From contig OZ244922.1 in the NCBI GenBank assembly GCA_965221905.1, positions 2,400,001 to 2,464,000 on the forward strand: a DNA stretch of 64,000 bases, in the 5' to 3' direction. Under the pieces are notes generated by a model that saw nothing but the letters and a program-made list of their open reading frames with translations, had not been told where the DNA came from and made no database searches. The stretch comes from Chloroflexota bacterium (GTDB lineage: Bacteria; Chloroflexota; UBA11872; VXOZ01). Shown here in pieces: positions 23,147 to 33,873 of the stretch (the first letter of the stretch is position 1; every line of letters starts with the position of its first letter). Made by a program: the position numbers and the translations under genes.

Positions 23147-23545
23147 ATGAGTAGCGATGGTAGCGCCCCGTACTACGTAGCAGTGGGGCGGCGGAAAGAA
23201 GCCGTGGCTCGTATCCGTCTCTATAGCGGGGAACGCGGCGTTGTGGTCAACGGCCGGCCGGTTGAAGACTATTTCCCACGCACCTTGCACCAAAACGTAA
23301 TACAAGAACCGCTAGACATGGTTGGCGCTACCTTCCGCATATCGGCGAAGGTAGTCGGCGGCGGCATTAGCGGGCAGGCGGATGCAATTCGGCACGGTGT
23401 CGCGCGAGCGCTGGTCAATGCCAACGAGCAATACCGCTTCACGCTGCGTAAGGCCGGGCTGCTCACCCGCGATGCTCGAGTAAAGGAACGCAAGAAGTAC
23501 GGGCTGAAGCGCGCGCGCAAGGCGCCTCAGTACACGAAGCGCTAA
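23147..23545 (+). CDS. rpsI: 30S ribosomal protein S9
   Basis: [36 protein letters not shown]. Confidence 0.98.
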   Translation: MSSDGSAPYYVAVGRRKEAVARIRLYSGERGVVVNGRPVEDYFPRTLHQNVIQEPLDMVGATFRISAKVVGGGISGQADAIRHGVARALVNANEQYRFTLRKAGLLTRDARVKERKKYGLKRARKAPQYTKR

Positions 23546-23559
23546 CCCGCCTAGCCACG

Positions 23560-24108
23560 CTACGGCTGGACTTGCTCTTCCTCGCTTGGCTCCGCCAGTT
23601 CAGCCAGGAATCGCTCTCGTTCGGGCAAGTCGTCCAAGCTTGCCAGGCCGAAGCACTTCAGGAATTCAAAGGTAGTGTTGTACTCAATTGGTCGACCAGG
23701 CGTGAGCCGTCTCTCTCCTGCAACCACCAACTCGCGGCTGATCAACACTGCCAGCGTGTGGTCCGCGTTTACCCCGCGCATACGCTCGATTTCGGCGCGT
23801 GTGACCGGTTGGTAGTAAGCGACAATCGCGAGGGTCTCCAGGGCCGCACGCGAAAGCCGCTCCCCACGGTGCACACCCAGCAATGTGCGAATATACGGCG
23901 CTGCGTCCGGGTGCGAAACAAACAGGAACGCCCCCTCTTGCTCCTGCAGCAAGATTCCTCGCCCGTGGCGGGCGGTCTGCAACTCTTCCAAAGCGGCAGC
24001 CACGGCCCGGGGTGACTCGCCCGTGATTCGCGCCAACTCCTGCACGGTCAGCGGCCGTTCGGCTACGAACAATAGCCCCTCAAGGAGAGCAATCAGTGAC
24101 AGCGGCAT
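23560..24108 (-). CDS. scpB: SMC-Scp complex subunit ScpB
   Basis: LSRAALETLAIVAYYQPVTRAEIERMRGV, GRP, FGLASLDDLP. Confidence 0.95.
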   Translation of the reverse strand: MPLSLIALLEGLLFVAERPLTVQELARITGESPRAVAAALEELQTARHGRGILLQEQEGAFLFVSHPDAAPYIRTLLGVHRGERLSRAALETLAIVAYYQPVTRAEIERMRGVNADHTLAVLISRELVVAGERRLTPGRPIEYNTTFEFLKCFGLASLDDLPERERFLAELAEPSEEEQVQP

Positions 24109-24112
24109 CCGA

Positions 24113-24901
24113 TCACCGTACCTGTCGAATCACGTCCTCGGCCGGGTCGCCGGTCTGAGCAATGTCCGCCCTGCTCAGTGGATCCGCAACACGGCCCGAA
24201 TCCGCGGGCAGGATCAGAATATCGGCATAGAGTTCAGTCTGCCGCACCGTAGCCTTGCGCAAACGCAGAAATTCAAGCACTGCTAGGAAGGCCACCACAA
24301 TCTCTTCCAATGATTGCGCTGTCCGGACAAGCTCGCGAAACCCAGTTTTGCCGTTTACGACAAGAAGCCTGCCAATTCGGTCAAGGTAGGTCTCGATATA
24401 CACCTTGCGCCGGGCCACAGTAGGGAGTTCTTCTTCCTTTTCTTCTAGCACCGCCGCAAGCGCGCTCACGAGGTCTTCAGGGGCATAGTTCACAAGCTGA
24501 GACGTTGGCAATGGCAGCGGCATCGGGGCGGGAGCAATGCGCTGATACGCAACGTCGCGCTCTTCCTGCCAAGCCGCAACCGTCGACATCAACTGCTTGA
24601 ATCGCTCATAGCCTCGTAGTTGCTCTTCAAGGGACTCTTCCGTCTCATCAGTCAAGTCCTGCGGCTCGTGCAGTAGAGCCTGGGACTTGCCATACATCAA
24701 TTGGGCAGCTACGCGCAGGAATCCCGCTAGCAGCGGGCCGTCCAGTTCTTGCATGCTCTGCACGTGCTCCAGGAACTGCTTCGTCACCGCGACCAGCGAC
24801 AGTTCCGTTATGTCCAGTTTCTGCTCTTGTATGAGCCGTAGCAAAACGTCAAGGGGGCCTTCGAATATAGCAAGGCGCACCGTTGGCATTGGGGATGCCA
24901 T
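24113..24901 (-). CDS. scpA: Segregation/condensation protein ScpA
   Basis: FEGPLDVLL, FLAVLE; adjacent to scpB. Confidence 0.93.
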   Translation of the reverse strand: MASPMPTVRLAIFEGPLDVLLRLIQEQKLDITELSLVAVTKQFLEHVQSMQELDGPLLAGFLRVAAQLMYGKSQALLHEPQDLTDETEESLEEQLRGYERFKQLMSTVAAWQEERDVAYQRIAPAPMPLPLPTSQLVNYAPEDLVSALAAVLEEKEEELPTVARRKVYIETYLDRIGRLLVVNGKTGFRELVRTAQSLEEIVVAFLAVLEFLRLRKATVRQTELYADILILPADSGRVADPLSRADIAQTGDPAEDVIRQVR

Positions 24902-24905
24902 GTTA

Positions 24906-25607
24906 CTAACCTAAGAACAGGCGCATGAGGAAGATAACCGGAGGGCCAAGTATTTTTTGAAAGATTCCAATCCGCAGGAACCACTGATCTAAGAGGACGA
25001 TAATGAGCAGCACGAACGGCCCCTGCCGCTCAAGCCATGAAATGGACGGTACAATGTTCGGCGGCAAGAAGCGCAGCAGAATCCGATACCCATCCAAAGG
25101 CGGAATGGGGATGATGTTGAATACCGCCAAAGCGATATTAATCTGTACCACGATTAGGAGGATAGTTGCGATTGCCGCAGAAGTGGTGCCAGCAATCGTA
25201 TCGGGCGAGGAGATCAAGTTTCGAGCAAGAAACCCAATAGCAGCCGCGGCGATGAGATTGGCGGCGGGACCAGCGGCGGCCACCATTGCGCCCCCCGAAA
25301 TCGGTCCATTGCGCAGATTGGCCGGATTGTAGGGCACCGGCTTGCCCCAGCCGAAGCCAATGAGGAAGATCATGAGGGTACCCAGCAGGTCGAGATGCGC
25401 AAGCGGATTGAGTGTTAGTCGTCCTTGAGAGCGCGCCGTCGGATCGCCAAGCCGATTCGCCATCCATGCGTGGCTGAACTCATGCACAGAAATTCCAATG
25501 ACAAGTGCAAGGAGCAGACCGAGAAATACCGCCGGATTGGCAAGCTGGGCAAGCAAGATTGACCTCGCGTCAGATGGGTTGGGTAGCAGTCGATTGGACA
25601 CCCCCAT
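24906..25607 (-). CDS. Site-2 protease family (M50) membrane metallopeptidase
   Basis: HEFSH, GDPTAR.GRLTLNPLAH, FNIIPIPPLDG; start uncertain. Confidence 0.9.
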   Translation of the reverse strand: MGVSNRLLPNPSDARSILLAQLANPAVFLGLLLALVIGISVHEFSHAWMANRLGDPTARSQGRLTLNPLAHLDLLGTLMIFLIGFGWGKPVPYNPANLRNGPISGGAMVAAAGPAANLIAAAAIGFLARNLISSPDTIAGTTSAAIATILLIVVQINIALAVFNIIPIPPLDGYRILLRFLPPNIVPSISWLERQGPFVLLIIVLLDQWFLRIGIFQKILGPPVIFLMRLFLG

Positions 25608-25744
25608 CGTAGCATCGGCCCTACGAAATGACAACATAACTTGTCGGGGGCAACCGCATTTGCTACGATGAAGCAGTGCGCCCACGTCTAGGCTTGGGCG
25701 GGCATTGCTGTGAGCCAAGATTGCAGTTTGTCCAAGGGTAAGTT

Positions 25745-26071
25745 ATGCGCGCGAATGCCGCTCATGTAGATCCGGTAGAGATGTTTGCGGGCGTTCACCG
25801 CAAGACTCTGGCCTATGGCGAAAACGCCATGATCTGCCAGATTATCTTTGCTCCCGGCGGCGACGTACCCATGCACCATCACCCAAATGAGCAAACAGGG
25901 TATGTCCTCGAGGGCACTCTGAAACTCACTATTGGCGCGGACTTACTCGAGCTAGAGCCTGGAGAGACCTATGTCATTCCCGGCAATACGCCGCATGCGG
26001 CCACGGCAGACGAACCAACGGTTGTGCTCGACGTATTTTCGCCGCCGCGGGAAGACTATAAGGATGATTGA
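25745..26071 (+). CDS. Cupin domain protein
   Basis: [33 protein letters not shown]. Confidence 0.88.
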   Translation: MRANAAHVDPVEMFAGVHRKTLAYGENAMICQIIFAPGGDVPMHHHPNEQTGYVLEGTLKLTIGADLLELEPGETYVIPGNTPHAATADEPTVVLDVFSPPREDYKDD

Positions 26072-26327
26072 GGCACTGGACAGAGCCAACCGGTTGAGTT
26101 CGGCGCTGAACTTGGAACGGACTAAACCTCAGTAGTGACGGTTAAGAACCCCAAAGTCTGCTTGGCCAAAGCGAGCTTGCCCATAGACAAGCTCTAGGTG
26201 AATAGGCGAACAGACAGGGCAAGTCAACATTGGAACAGGACAGCGGGTTTCGTGACGGAGACAACAAGATTGCAACCACTTTATGTAGACTACAATCCAT
26301 CGAAAGTAGCTAAGGAGAAATAGCACT

Positions 26328-26570
26328 TTGCTTAGAATTCGTCTTACTCGCATCGGCAAACGAAAGCAGCCTCACTATCGGGTTGTCGTGGCCGAATCCA
26401 CCACTGCGCGCAACGGGAGTCATGTAGAAATTTTGGGGCACTACAATCCACGCACTGAGCCCTCTACCGTAGTAATCGATACCGAGCGCGCACAGGAATG
26501 GTTGGATAAGGGCGCGCAGCCAAGCGATCGCGTACGCAAGCTGCTCAAGATTGCCGGATTGGAGGCCTGA
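26328..26570 (+). CDS. rpsP: 30S ribosomal protein S16
   Basis: RIRLTRIG, PHYRVVVA, GAQPSDRV; AAGGAG SD with TTG start. Confidence 0.97.
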   Translation: MLRIRLTRIGKRKQPHYRVVVAESTTARNGSHVEILGHYNPRTEPSTVVIDTERAQEWLDKGAQPSDRVRKLLKIAGLEA

Positions 26571-26572
26571 GA

Positions 26573-26908
26573 ATGTATCAACAACGCTCGGGCAGGCCTC
26601 GTGACGGCGGCCGCCGGGGCCCGCGGCAATGGGGTGGAGGCGATCGTGACAATCGCGGCGATAGCGGTACAATTCCGGCCCTCACGGGCCTGATCGAATT
26701 TGTTGCTTACGGCCTCGTGCGAAACGTCGACGCTGTGCAAGTGCGCGAAATCGTGCGTTCACAGGCAGTAGTTTACGAGCTGCGCGTGGCTGATGAAGAC
26801 AAGGGTCGCGTGATTGGTAGAGATGGCCGCATAGCGCAGGCGTTGCGGACAGTAATGCGCGCTGCAGCCGGTGAGTCGAGCCGCCGAATCGCGCTCGACA
26901 TTATCTAA
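26573..26908 (+). CDS. khpA: KH-domain RNA-binding protein KhpA
   Basis: DKGRVIGRDGRIAQALR; between rpsP and rimM. Confidence 0.88.
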   Translation: MYQQRSGRPRDGGRRGPRQWGGGDRDNRGDSGTIPALTGLIEFVAYGLVRNVDAVQVREIVRSQAVVYELRVADEDKGRVIGRDGRIAQALRTVMRAAAGESSRRIALDII

Positions 26909-26918
26909 ATTGAGCAAA

Positions 26919-27473
26919 ATGAACCCCGGTGGAATGGGAGCAATAGGGATAGAGCAGGGCGACGCGTACAACGGCTGGATCATCATTGGCAGAGTGAGGG
27001 CGCCCCATGGTGTGCGAGGCGAGTTTCGCGTTGAAATCCTTACCGACTTTCCTGAACGCTTCCAGGGCCTTAAGCGTTTGTACGTCGGAGAAACGCACGC
27101 GGCACATGACATAGAGAAGGCACGCTTTACACCTAAAGGCGCACTGCTCAAGCTCTCCGGTATTGACTCGCGCGATGCCGCGGCATCGTTTTCCCGCTCA
27201 TATATAGCCCTCCCCGAAGCAGAATTACCACCTCTCCCAACCGGCGCCTTCCACCACCATCAGATCAAAGGACTGGAAGTTTGCACGGAAGACGGCCGGA
27301 ATCTCGGCACCGTTATGGAAATACTCACTACCGGCGGCAACGATGTCTACATCGTGCGCGGCGAACTACATGGGGAAGTACTCCTGCCGGCAATCGCCGA
27401 TGTGATTCGTGCAATTGACCTTGAAGCGCAACGCATCACCGTACACCTCATTCCCGGTCTGCTGCCTGAATGA
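26919..27473 (+). CDS. rimM: Ribosome maturation factor RimM
   Basis: GRVRAPHGVRGE, TDFPERF, TGGNDVY; start approximate. Confidence 0.93.
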   Translation: MNPGGMGAIGIEQGDAYNGWIIIGRVRAPHGVRGEFRVEILTDFPERFQGLKRLYVGETHAAHDIEKARFTPKGALLKLSGIDSRDAAASFSRSYIALPEAELPPLPTGAFHHHQIKGLEVCTEDGRNLGTVMEILTTGGNDVYIVRGELHGEVLLPAIADVIRAIDLEAQRITVHLIPGLLPE

Positions 27474-27768
27474 GGCTGAAATAGCGCGCTCACTTCACTC
27501 GCTCTGAACTGAAAAGTGTGCGCCACACTCAATTAGTCACGCTTTGCATGAAAACCCCAAGCATTAAGTAAGGTTTGGCGAACTCTAGAGAAGCGGCTCC
27601 GAAGAGAATTTTTAAAATTGCTCGCTGCCTATTCCAATTCGGCTACAAGAGCGACAACCAATTTGGCCGCTACAACCTGATTCGCTAGACCTGCTCCAGT
27701 AGATTCCCAAAACGCTATTGGAGCAAAGATAAAGCCTCGCGGCAATGTAGACGACTGCAAGTGAGCCC

Positions 27769-28500
27769 ATGCTGCGCGTAGACATCCTCACCCTATTCCC
27801 CGATTACTTTCGTGGTCCGCTTGAGCACGGGACACTCAGCCGCGCCGTGCAAGCAGGGCACTTGACTGTCACGGTGCATCAACTTCGAAACTGGGCTGAA
27901 GGCAAGCACCGGGTCACGGATGACTACACTTTCGGCGGCGGGACCGGCATGGTAATGAAGCCGGACCCGTTCTTTCGCGCTGTCGCGGACCTCACAACCC
28001 CCCAGTCCCGCGTCATCCTGCTCAGCCCATCCGGTCGTCTCCTCACGCAACAGGGCGTAGTAGACTTATCAGCACAAACACACCTGATCTTGCTGTGCGG
28101 GCGCTATGAAGGCGTGGACGAACGAGTTGCTCGTTACCTGGCAGATGACGAGGTCTCGATTGGAGATTACGTCGTAAGCGGCGGTGAGTTACCGGCTCTC
28201 GTGGTGCTCGATGCGACCGTGCGGCAACTGCCCGGCGTGATTGGCGGCGGCCCGGAGGCTGTGAGAGACGAGTCCCACTCTACCGGGCTCTTGGAGTATC
28301 CGCAGTATACGCGACCCGCGTCTTACCGGGATATGGCAGTACCGGAAGTCTTGCTTTCAGGCAATCACCGGCGCATTGAACAGTGGCGGCGCCAACAGTC
28401 ACTCTTGCGCACGCGTGAGCGGCGCCCCGATCTGCTGATGAACGCAGAGCTAAGCGAAGAAGACAAGAGTTTTCTTGCTGCGGAGCCAAATTGCGAATAG
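27769..28500 (+). CDS. trmD: tRNA (guanine-N1)-methyltransferase
   Basis: [34 protein letters not shown]. Confidence 0.97.
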   Translation: MLRVDILTLFPDYFRGPLEHGTLSRAVQAGHLTVTVHQLRNWAEGKHRVTDDYTFGGGTGMVMKPDPFFRAVADLTTPQSRVILLSPSGRLLTQQGVVDLSAQTHLILLCGRYEGVDERVARYLADDEVSIGDYVVSGGELPALVVLDATVRQLPGVIGGGPEAVRDESHSTGLLEYPQYTRPASYRDMAVPEVLLSGNHRRIEQWRRQQSLLRTRERRPDLLMNAELSEEDKSFLAAEPNCE

Positions 28501-28562
28501 CCCAACTAATGTGCTACTGTAGCAAGAGTGGATGTTGATTCATTGATAGATAAGAAACAGGC

Positions 28563-28907
28563 ATGACAACGATTATTGATGACATCGTTCAATCGCAACT
28601 CAAGTCGGACGTACCGGAATTTTCCCCCGGCGACACGGTGCGGGTAAACGTTAGGGTTGTAGAGAGCGGTCGAGAACGCACACAGGCCTTCGAGGGTGTA
28701 GTCCTTGCCCGTCGGTCCTCCGGCATCAACGAGAATTTTACCGTACGCCGCACTGCCCACGGCATCGGGGTGGAACGCACCTTCTTGCTCAATTCACCAC
28801 GCATCGAGAGTTTGAACGTGGTGCGTCGCGGTAAGGTGCGTCGCGCGAAGTTGTACTATCTCCGAGACCGCGTCGGCAAAGCCGCACGTATCAAGGAACG
28901 CCGGTAG
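28563..28907 (+). CDS. rplS: 50S ribosomal protein L19
   Basis: [22 protein letters not shown]. Confidence 0.97.
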   Translation: MTTIIDDIVQSQLKSDVPEFSPGDTVRVNVRVVESGRERTQAFEGVVLARRSSGINENFTVRRTAHGIGVERTFLLNSPRIESLNVVRRGKVRRAKLYYLRDRVGKAARIKERR

Positions 28908-28984
28908 TCAGACGCCCATTGGAAGGAATGCCCGCTCGCGTCACGTCAGGCGGGCATTATTGTGTAATGCGTACATCCGTTCGC

Positions 28985-29767
28985 ATGGACAACCTAGCGA
29001 TTGAATGGTCTTGGCTGGACCGTGGCGCTACGTTGATTGCCGGTACGGATGAAGTTGGCCGCGGCGCTTGGGCCGGCCCCGTTGTTGCCGGCATGGTTGC
29101 CGCACATCCTCAGCTCTACCAATCACTGCCGACCGAACTCCATGGCGTTGACGATTCAAAGCTTCTCAGTCCGAAGCAACGCGCAATGCTCGCACCCAGA
29201 ATTATGCAGCATGCCGCCGCTTGGAGTCTCGGTGCGGCAACGTCTCGCGAAATCGCAGAGCTTGGCTTTGGCACAGCGATTCGTTTGGCCATCAGGCGGG
29301 CCTATGCAGACCTCTCTACGTCGCTCAAGCGCGCGCCGGATATCCTTCTAACTGACGCTGTAACGTTGCGCAATCCACCGGTTCGCGTCGAATCGTACCC
29401 CAAGGCCGATCAGCGCTGCCTCTCGGTGGCGATGGCCTCGATTCTGGCCAAAGTCTACCGCGACCGGCTAATGCGCCGCTTCGGTCCTGTATATCCTCAC
29501 TATGACTTCGCCAACAATAAGGGCTATGGCACACGCAGGCACCAGCAGGCATTGCTGCAATTCGGCCCTTGCGCCATTCATCGTGCAACTTTTCAGCCTG
29601 TGATGCGCGCGGCTTCACAACTTTTCTCACCTACTCGAACCACGCTCACGCCCGCGCGAAGATTCGCTGCGCAAGTTGAACAGCAACACTCTGTGCATAA
29701 TGTCGTTGCAGCGGCGGTGGACACTGCTCCCAATGCGGTGTGCCGTCAGTGGAGATGTGAACGGTGA
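28985..29767 (+). CDS. rnhB: Ribonuclease HII
   Basis: GTDEVGRG, DDSK, ASILAKVYRD, NKGYGT; start uncertain. Confidence 0.93.
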   Translation: MDNLAIEWSWLDRGATLIAGTDEVGRGAWAGPVVAGMVAAHPQLYQSLPTELHGVDDSKLLSPKQRAMLAPRIMQHAAAWSLGAATSREIAELGFGTAIRLAIRRAYADLSTSLKRAPDILLTDAVTLRNPPVRVESYPKADQRCLSVAMASILAKVYRDRLMRRFGPVYPHYDFANNKGYGTRRHQQALLQFGPCAIHRATFQPVMRAASQLFSPTRTTLTPARRFAAQVEQQHSVHNVVAAAVDTAPNAVCRQWRCER

Positions 29768-30138
29768 CAGCAAGCCGGCAACGTCAGAGAATCGGTCGGT
29801 GGGGAGAGGAAGTCGCCGCCCGCTACCTTGCCCGGCAGGGGTACAAAGTTCTGACCCGCAACTACCGTACACCAGCCGGAGAACTGGATATTGTCGCGCA
29901 AGACGGCAACTCCATCGTGTTCGTGGAAGTAAAGACGCGGCGTACATCTAGCTTTGGGCCTCCCCAAGCAGCAGTAACACCGACCAAAGCCGCGCATATT
30001 ATTGCGGCGGCCCAGCATTACCTCTTGGACACCGAACAGATCGAAGGCGATTGGCGCATTGACGTCGTTGCCGTTTTCGGCAGTCCGGATTCCCCCCCCG
30101 AAATTACCCTTATTCGCAGTGCAGTTGAGGCGAACTAG
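29764..30138 (+). CDS. YraN family putative endonuclease
   Basis: GEEVAA, GELDIVA, VFVEVKTR, RIDVVAV. Confidence 0.9.
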   Translation: MTASRQRQRIGRWGEEVAARYLARQGYKVLTRNYRTPAGELDIVAQDGNSIVFVEVKTRRTSSFGPPQAAVTPTKAAHIIAAAQHYLLDTEQIEGDWRIDVVAVFGSPDSPPEITLIRSAVEAN

Positions 30139-30143
30139 ATCGC

Positions 30144-31217
30144 ATGCCCACACTATGGAACACACCGTACACGCGTGAAGAGCTACTCAGCCGTGTCGGC
30201 AGCATGGATCAAGTCGGCGGCGCGCGGCGCTTGCGCTGGGAGGAAGGGCCGGAAGACGCCATGCTGGCCGCTGAAATGCGCACTGGAACGGGCTTGAATC
30301 TCTGGGTAACTCCGACGCGCGGTTTAGACGTTGCTCACGCCGAATATAACGGCATCCCGCTGGCATGGCGATCTCGCACCGGAGACGTCCACAGCGCGTA
30401 TTTCGAATCGCCTGGTATGGGCTGGCTGCGCGGGTTCTTCGGCGGACTAATCACTACCTGCGGACTGACGTACCTGGGAGCTCCCAGCACTGATCGTGAC
30501 GAGGAGCTTGGAATTCATGGCCGCATATCCTATACCGCCGCACGCAACGTCTTAGTAGACAACGAATGGGACGGCGACGACTACATAATGCGCGTGCAGG
30601 GACGGCTGACAGAAAGCACCGTCTTCGGCCACACTTTGATACTCACCCGGCGCATCTGGGCGCGTCTTGGCGAGTCAAGATTCTTTGTCCACGATAGTGT
30701 TGAAAACAGAGGGCGCAATCCAAGCCCTTTCATGTTGCTCTACCACATGAATGTCGGATTTCCGTTGGTACACCGCGACTCCCACTTACTTCTGCCTACT
30801 GTGAATGTTGAACCGCGTGACGCCGCCGCCCAAGTGGGAAGCGATGTGTATGATCGGTTCGAGGATCCGGACCCGGAATATGCTGAGCGAGTCTATTTCC
30901 ATGCCATGAAACCAAATGCGGACGGCCACGTGCACGCTGCCATCATAAACCCGGGCATTGGAGACGGCATCGGCATGTATGTGCGATATGACCCCCTTGA
31001 ACTGCCGTGCTTTACGGAATGGAAAATGATGAACAGCGACGAATATGTCGTCGGCTTGGAACCGGGAAACTGCCTACCTCTTGGGCGTGCCGTAGAGCGT
31101 AGCGAAGGTAGACTGCGATACTTGGAACCGGGGGAAGTGCAAGAGTTTCACTTGGAAGTCGGCGTACTGGATGGTAGTCGTGCGATCCGATCCTTTGAAC
31201 AGGCCATGCCAACATGA
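30144..31217 (+). CDS. DUF4432 / aldose 1-epimerase-like protein
   Basis: RGLDV, GGLITTCGL, HGRIS, LYHMNVGFP, VGLEPGN. Confidence 0.82.
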   Translation: MPTLWNTPYTREELLSRVGSMDQVGGARRLRWEEGPEDAMLAAEMRTGTGLNLWVTPTRGLDVAHAEYNGIPLAWRSRTGDVHSAYFESPGMGWLRGFFGGLITTCGLTYLGAPSTDRDEELGIHGRISYTAARNVLVDNEWDGDDYIMRVQGRLTESTVFGHTLILTRRIWARLGESRFFVHDSVENRGRNPSPFMLLYHMNVGFPLVHRDSHLLLPTVNVEPRDAAAQVGSDVYDRFEDPDPEYAERVYFHAMKPNADGHVHAAIINPGIGDGIGMYVRYDPLELPCFTEWKMMNSDEYVVGLEPGNCLPLGRAVERSEGRLRYLEPGEVQEFHLEVGVLDGSRAIRSFEQAMPT

Positions 31218-31945
31218 AACCGATCACCGTTATCTGGTCCGATGGCGTGAGCGAAGCAGAGGCCAATGAGTCTATTGGCGCCATGCGAGAATTCTTGCGC
31301 TATCTGCAAGGCGTGGCCCAGGACCAGGACATCGGCCTTACACCAATCGTGTTGCGCCCTTTCGGCAATTGGATTCTAAAGGGTGCTGCCGGCATGCAGG
31401 CATACCACTCCTTCCGTTGGTATTGGGAATCAAGCCTCGATCAACACACCGGCCGGGTTTCTGCAGCAACATTCATTGAGATCGTGCGCTATGAACCATG
31501 GCAGCACGCCGAACCTCATCTCGACCTTGCGCTCCTCCATACAGAGTTGAGTAACGACACGCAAAAGACCGATGGAGACTTTCCTTCAGTATTCGCCTGC
31601 ACGGAGCCTGACTTAGTCACGGTGATTTCGATCCGCCACCTGTCACACATCGCTGATCGCGAACTGCGCCTTACGTGCTTGCGCAGCTTAGTCTTGCACA
31701 ACTTCGGTCACTTAGTCGGCCTTCCTTATGGTCTGCAGAGCACGATGCAGCAGCCATCGGAATCGACAGCAGTCCCGCGTGATTCTTCACGCACGTGCGC
31801 AATGCCATGCATAATGTACGAAGCACAGTCCGTCGATGAATTAATGGCAGTCGCAACTGGAGAAAAAGAGGATCTGGTACTTTGCCGCCCGTGCCTTGAA
31901 GTCTTGCGCTCGCTTGTGTTCAGCCTGCACTTTTCTGCCAATTGA
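31214..31945 (+). CDS. Archaemetzincin-like protein with degenerate active site
   Basis: HNFGHLVGL...C-x3-CIM...LCRPC resembles HExGHxxGL...HC..CxM..CxxC. Confidence 0.55.
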   Translation: MKPITVIWSDGVSEAEANESIGAMREFLRYLQGVAQDQDIGLTPIVLRPFGNWILKGAAGMQAYHSFRWYWESSLDQHTGRVSAATFIEIVRYEPWQHAEPHLDLALLHTELSNDTQKTDGDFPSVFACTEPDLVTVISIRHLSHIADRELRLTCLRSLVLHNFGHLVGLPYGLQSTMQQPSESTAVPRDSSRTCAMPCIMYEAQSVDELMAVATGEKEDLVLCRPCLEVLRSLVFSLHFSAN

Positions 31946-32004
31946 TCTCAGGGCAAGGCGTTTGCATGGCACTGCGACGATAGAAGGGCAAAGTCTCAAC
32001 GAAT

Positions 32005-32916
32005 ATGATGAAGCAACTTGACTGCTTTCGCGGAACACTGGTTGGGCTCGCGATCGGCGAATGTCTCGGTGCAACCACCGAAGACATGACACAGCCGGAA
32101 ATTCGCGCTCGTTTTGGCGTCTTGCGCGAACTGCGGGGGCCTGCAACTATCTGTACCGGAGAGATTGCCAATCAGGCCCGCTGTCTTGCGGAAAGCCTTG
32201 TCGCGTGCGGCGATTACGAACCCGAGGACGCGCTCCAGCGCTTGGTCGCTTGGTCGTTCAGTTCGCAGGGCGTTCTATCTCAAGACGTTACCAACCGCAC
32301 GCTTGCCAAAGTTGCCACCGGGATGATGTGGGAGCACGCATCGTCGCTCACTTTTTGGGAATCGGGCGGCAAGACGACTGGCCTCCACGTAGTTGGCCGC
32401 TGCGCGCCGCTGGGTCTGATGTACGCACAGCATCCCGAACAAAACATAGCAGCCACCTACAGCAGCGCCCGGCTTACGCACTATGACCGCATGTGGAGTT
32501 GGGCCGCTGTAACCCTCAACCTCATTGTGTCAGCACTCATAGCCGGCAACTCGATCAAAGACTCCCTCAAGCTTATCGTCGATCATTTGGATGACTACGA
32601 TGCTCCCGTACCTGTCTTGGAGCGTCTTTCGCAGTTGGAAGCGACCACCTACGTTCATCCATCGGCGATGGCGTTTGATGCCTTAGAAGCCGCCATTGTC
32701 TGCCTCTTGCGCACGGAGACCGCCGAGTCCGCGCTCGTCGAAGCAATTAACCTGGGCGGCGCTAGTAGAGCCACCGGTGCGGTTTGCGGCGCGCTGGCGG
32801 GCGCTGCCTTTGGGCTTTCTCGCCTGCCGGACCGTTGGTGGCAGCGCCTCGATGACGTGGAGGTTTTCGTAGACTTGGCTGACCGAATCTGCGCGCTCGC
32901 CGACACCACCTCTTGA
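32005..32916 (+). CDS. ADP-ribosylglycohydrolase (DraG/ARH) fold protein lacking catalytic Asp motifs
   Basis: GTLVGLAIGECLGATTE, RLTH, NLGG...GALAGAAFG...LPDRW scaffold. Confidence 0.8.
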   Translation: MMKQLDCFRGTLVGLAIGECLGATTEDMTQPEIRARFGVLRELRGPATICTGEIANQARCLAESLVACGDYEPEDALQRLVAWSFSSQGVLSQDVTNRTLAKVATGMMWEHASSLTFWESGGKTTGLHVVGRCAPLGLMYAQHPEQNIAATYSSARLTHYDRMWSWAAVTLNLIVSALIAGNSIKDSLKLIVDHLDDYDAPVPVLERLSQLEATTYVHPSAMAFDALEAAIVCLLRTETAESALVEAINLGGASRATGAVCGALAGAAFGLSRLPDRWWQRLDDVEVFVDLADRICALADTTS

Positions 32917-33611
32917 AGCTTCCCAACCCGCTATTAGAAGCACAATTCCTTGCGCGCCCCAACCGGTTCACGTGTCTCGTGCAGCTTCCGAATCGCAGCG
33001 CTCCGGTGCGAGCACACTTGCCCGATCCCGGACGGCTGCGCGAGTTGCTTCAGCCCGGAGCACGAGTCTGGCTGGAACCCAAGTCAGGGGAAAATCGAAA
33101 GACGCCCTACCAGTTGTGGTTACTGGAAAAAGACCGGACTCTCGTCTCGCTAAACACACAGCTACCGAACGTCCTTGTCCAGGAAGCTCTGGCCCAGGGC
33201 AGCTTACCGGAGTTCATTCGATATACCGCTTGGAAGCAAGAACGCCACGTGGGAAGCAGCCGGCTTGACTTCTACCTAGAGAATGCCGACGAGCGCTGCT
33301 GGATGGAAGTGAAGTCTGTCACGCTCGTAGAAGACGGACTGGGCCTGTTCCCCGATGCGCCAACGGAACGCGGACGCAAGCACATCGCTGAACTCACCAA
33401 GCTCCGACAGGCCGGCGCCCGGGCAGTTGCCTTATTCGTGGTGCAGCGCGCCGATGCGCACAGCGTCACCGCCAACAACCAAACCGACCCCAAGTTTGCC
33501 GAAGCCCTGCGGAACGCCCATCGCTGCGGCGTAGAGCTCTTCGCCTATACCTGCGAAATCACTACTACCCATATAGCGCTCAGCCGATCAATTCCCGTTA
33601 TCGTGGAATGA
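32913..33611 (+). CDS. sfsA: DNA/RNA nuclease SfsA
   Basis: RPNRF, PDPGRLREL, SRLDF, EVKSVTL, FPDAPTERGRKH. Confidence 0.93.
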   Translation: MKLPNPLLEAQFLARPNRFTCLVQLPNRSAPVRAHLPDPGRLRELLQPGARVWLEPKSGENRKTPYQLWLLEKDRTLVSLNTQLPNVLVQEALAQGSLPEFIRYTAWKQERHVGSSRLDFYLENADERCWMEVKSVTLVEDGLGLFPDAPTERGRKHIAELTKLRQAGARAVALFVVQRADAHSVTANNQTDPKFAEALRNAHRCGVELFAYTCEITTTHIALSRSIPVIVE

Positions 33612-33873
33612 GCAAACCGACGTGCTCTTTATGTCAACCCTGAAATGCATTGGCCACGCCCGCTCATGACCTGCTTGGGCATGAAGAGCGGTGACCCAAC
33701 GCACACCTCTGCCAACACCAGCAGATCAAGCGGTTTGGCGACCTCTCTTGAGTGCAACCACCAATCCGGCTATTTTCCTGCTAAACAACCGAAACGCCCC
33801 TATGTATAGAGACTTTGATTCGGCTGCTGCAATTCCGTCTGGCAAAGCTAAACGCCCGCCTTTGCTGGCTGGG

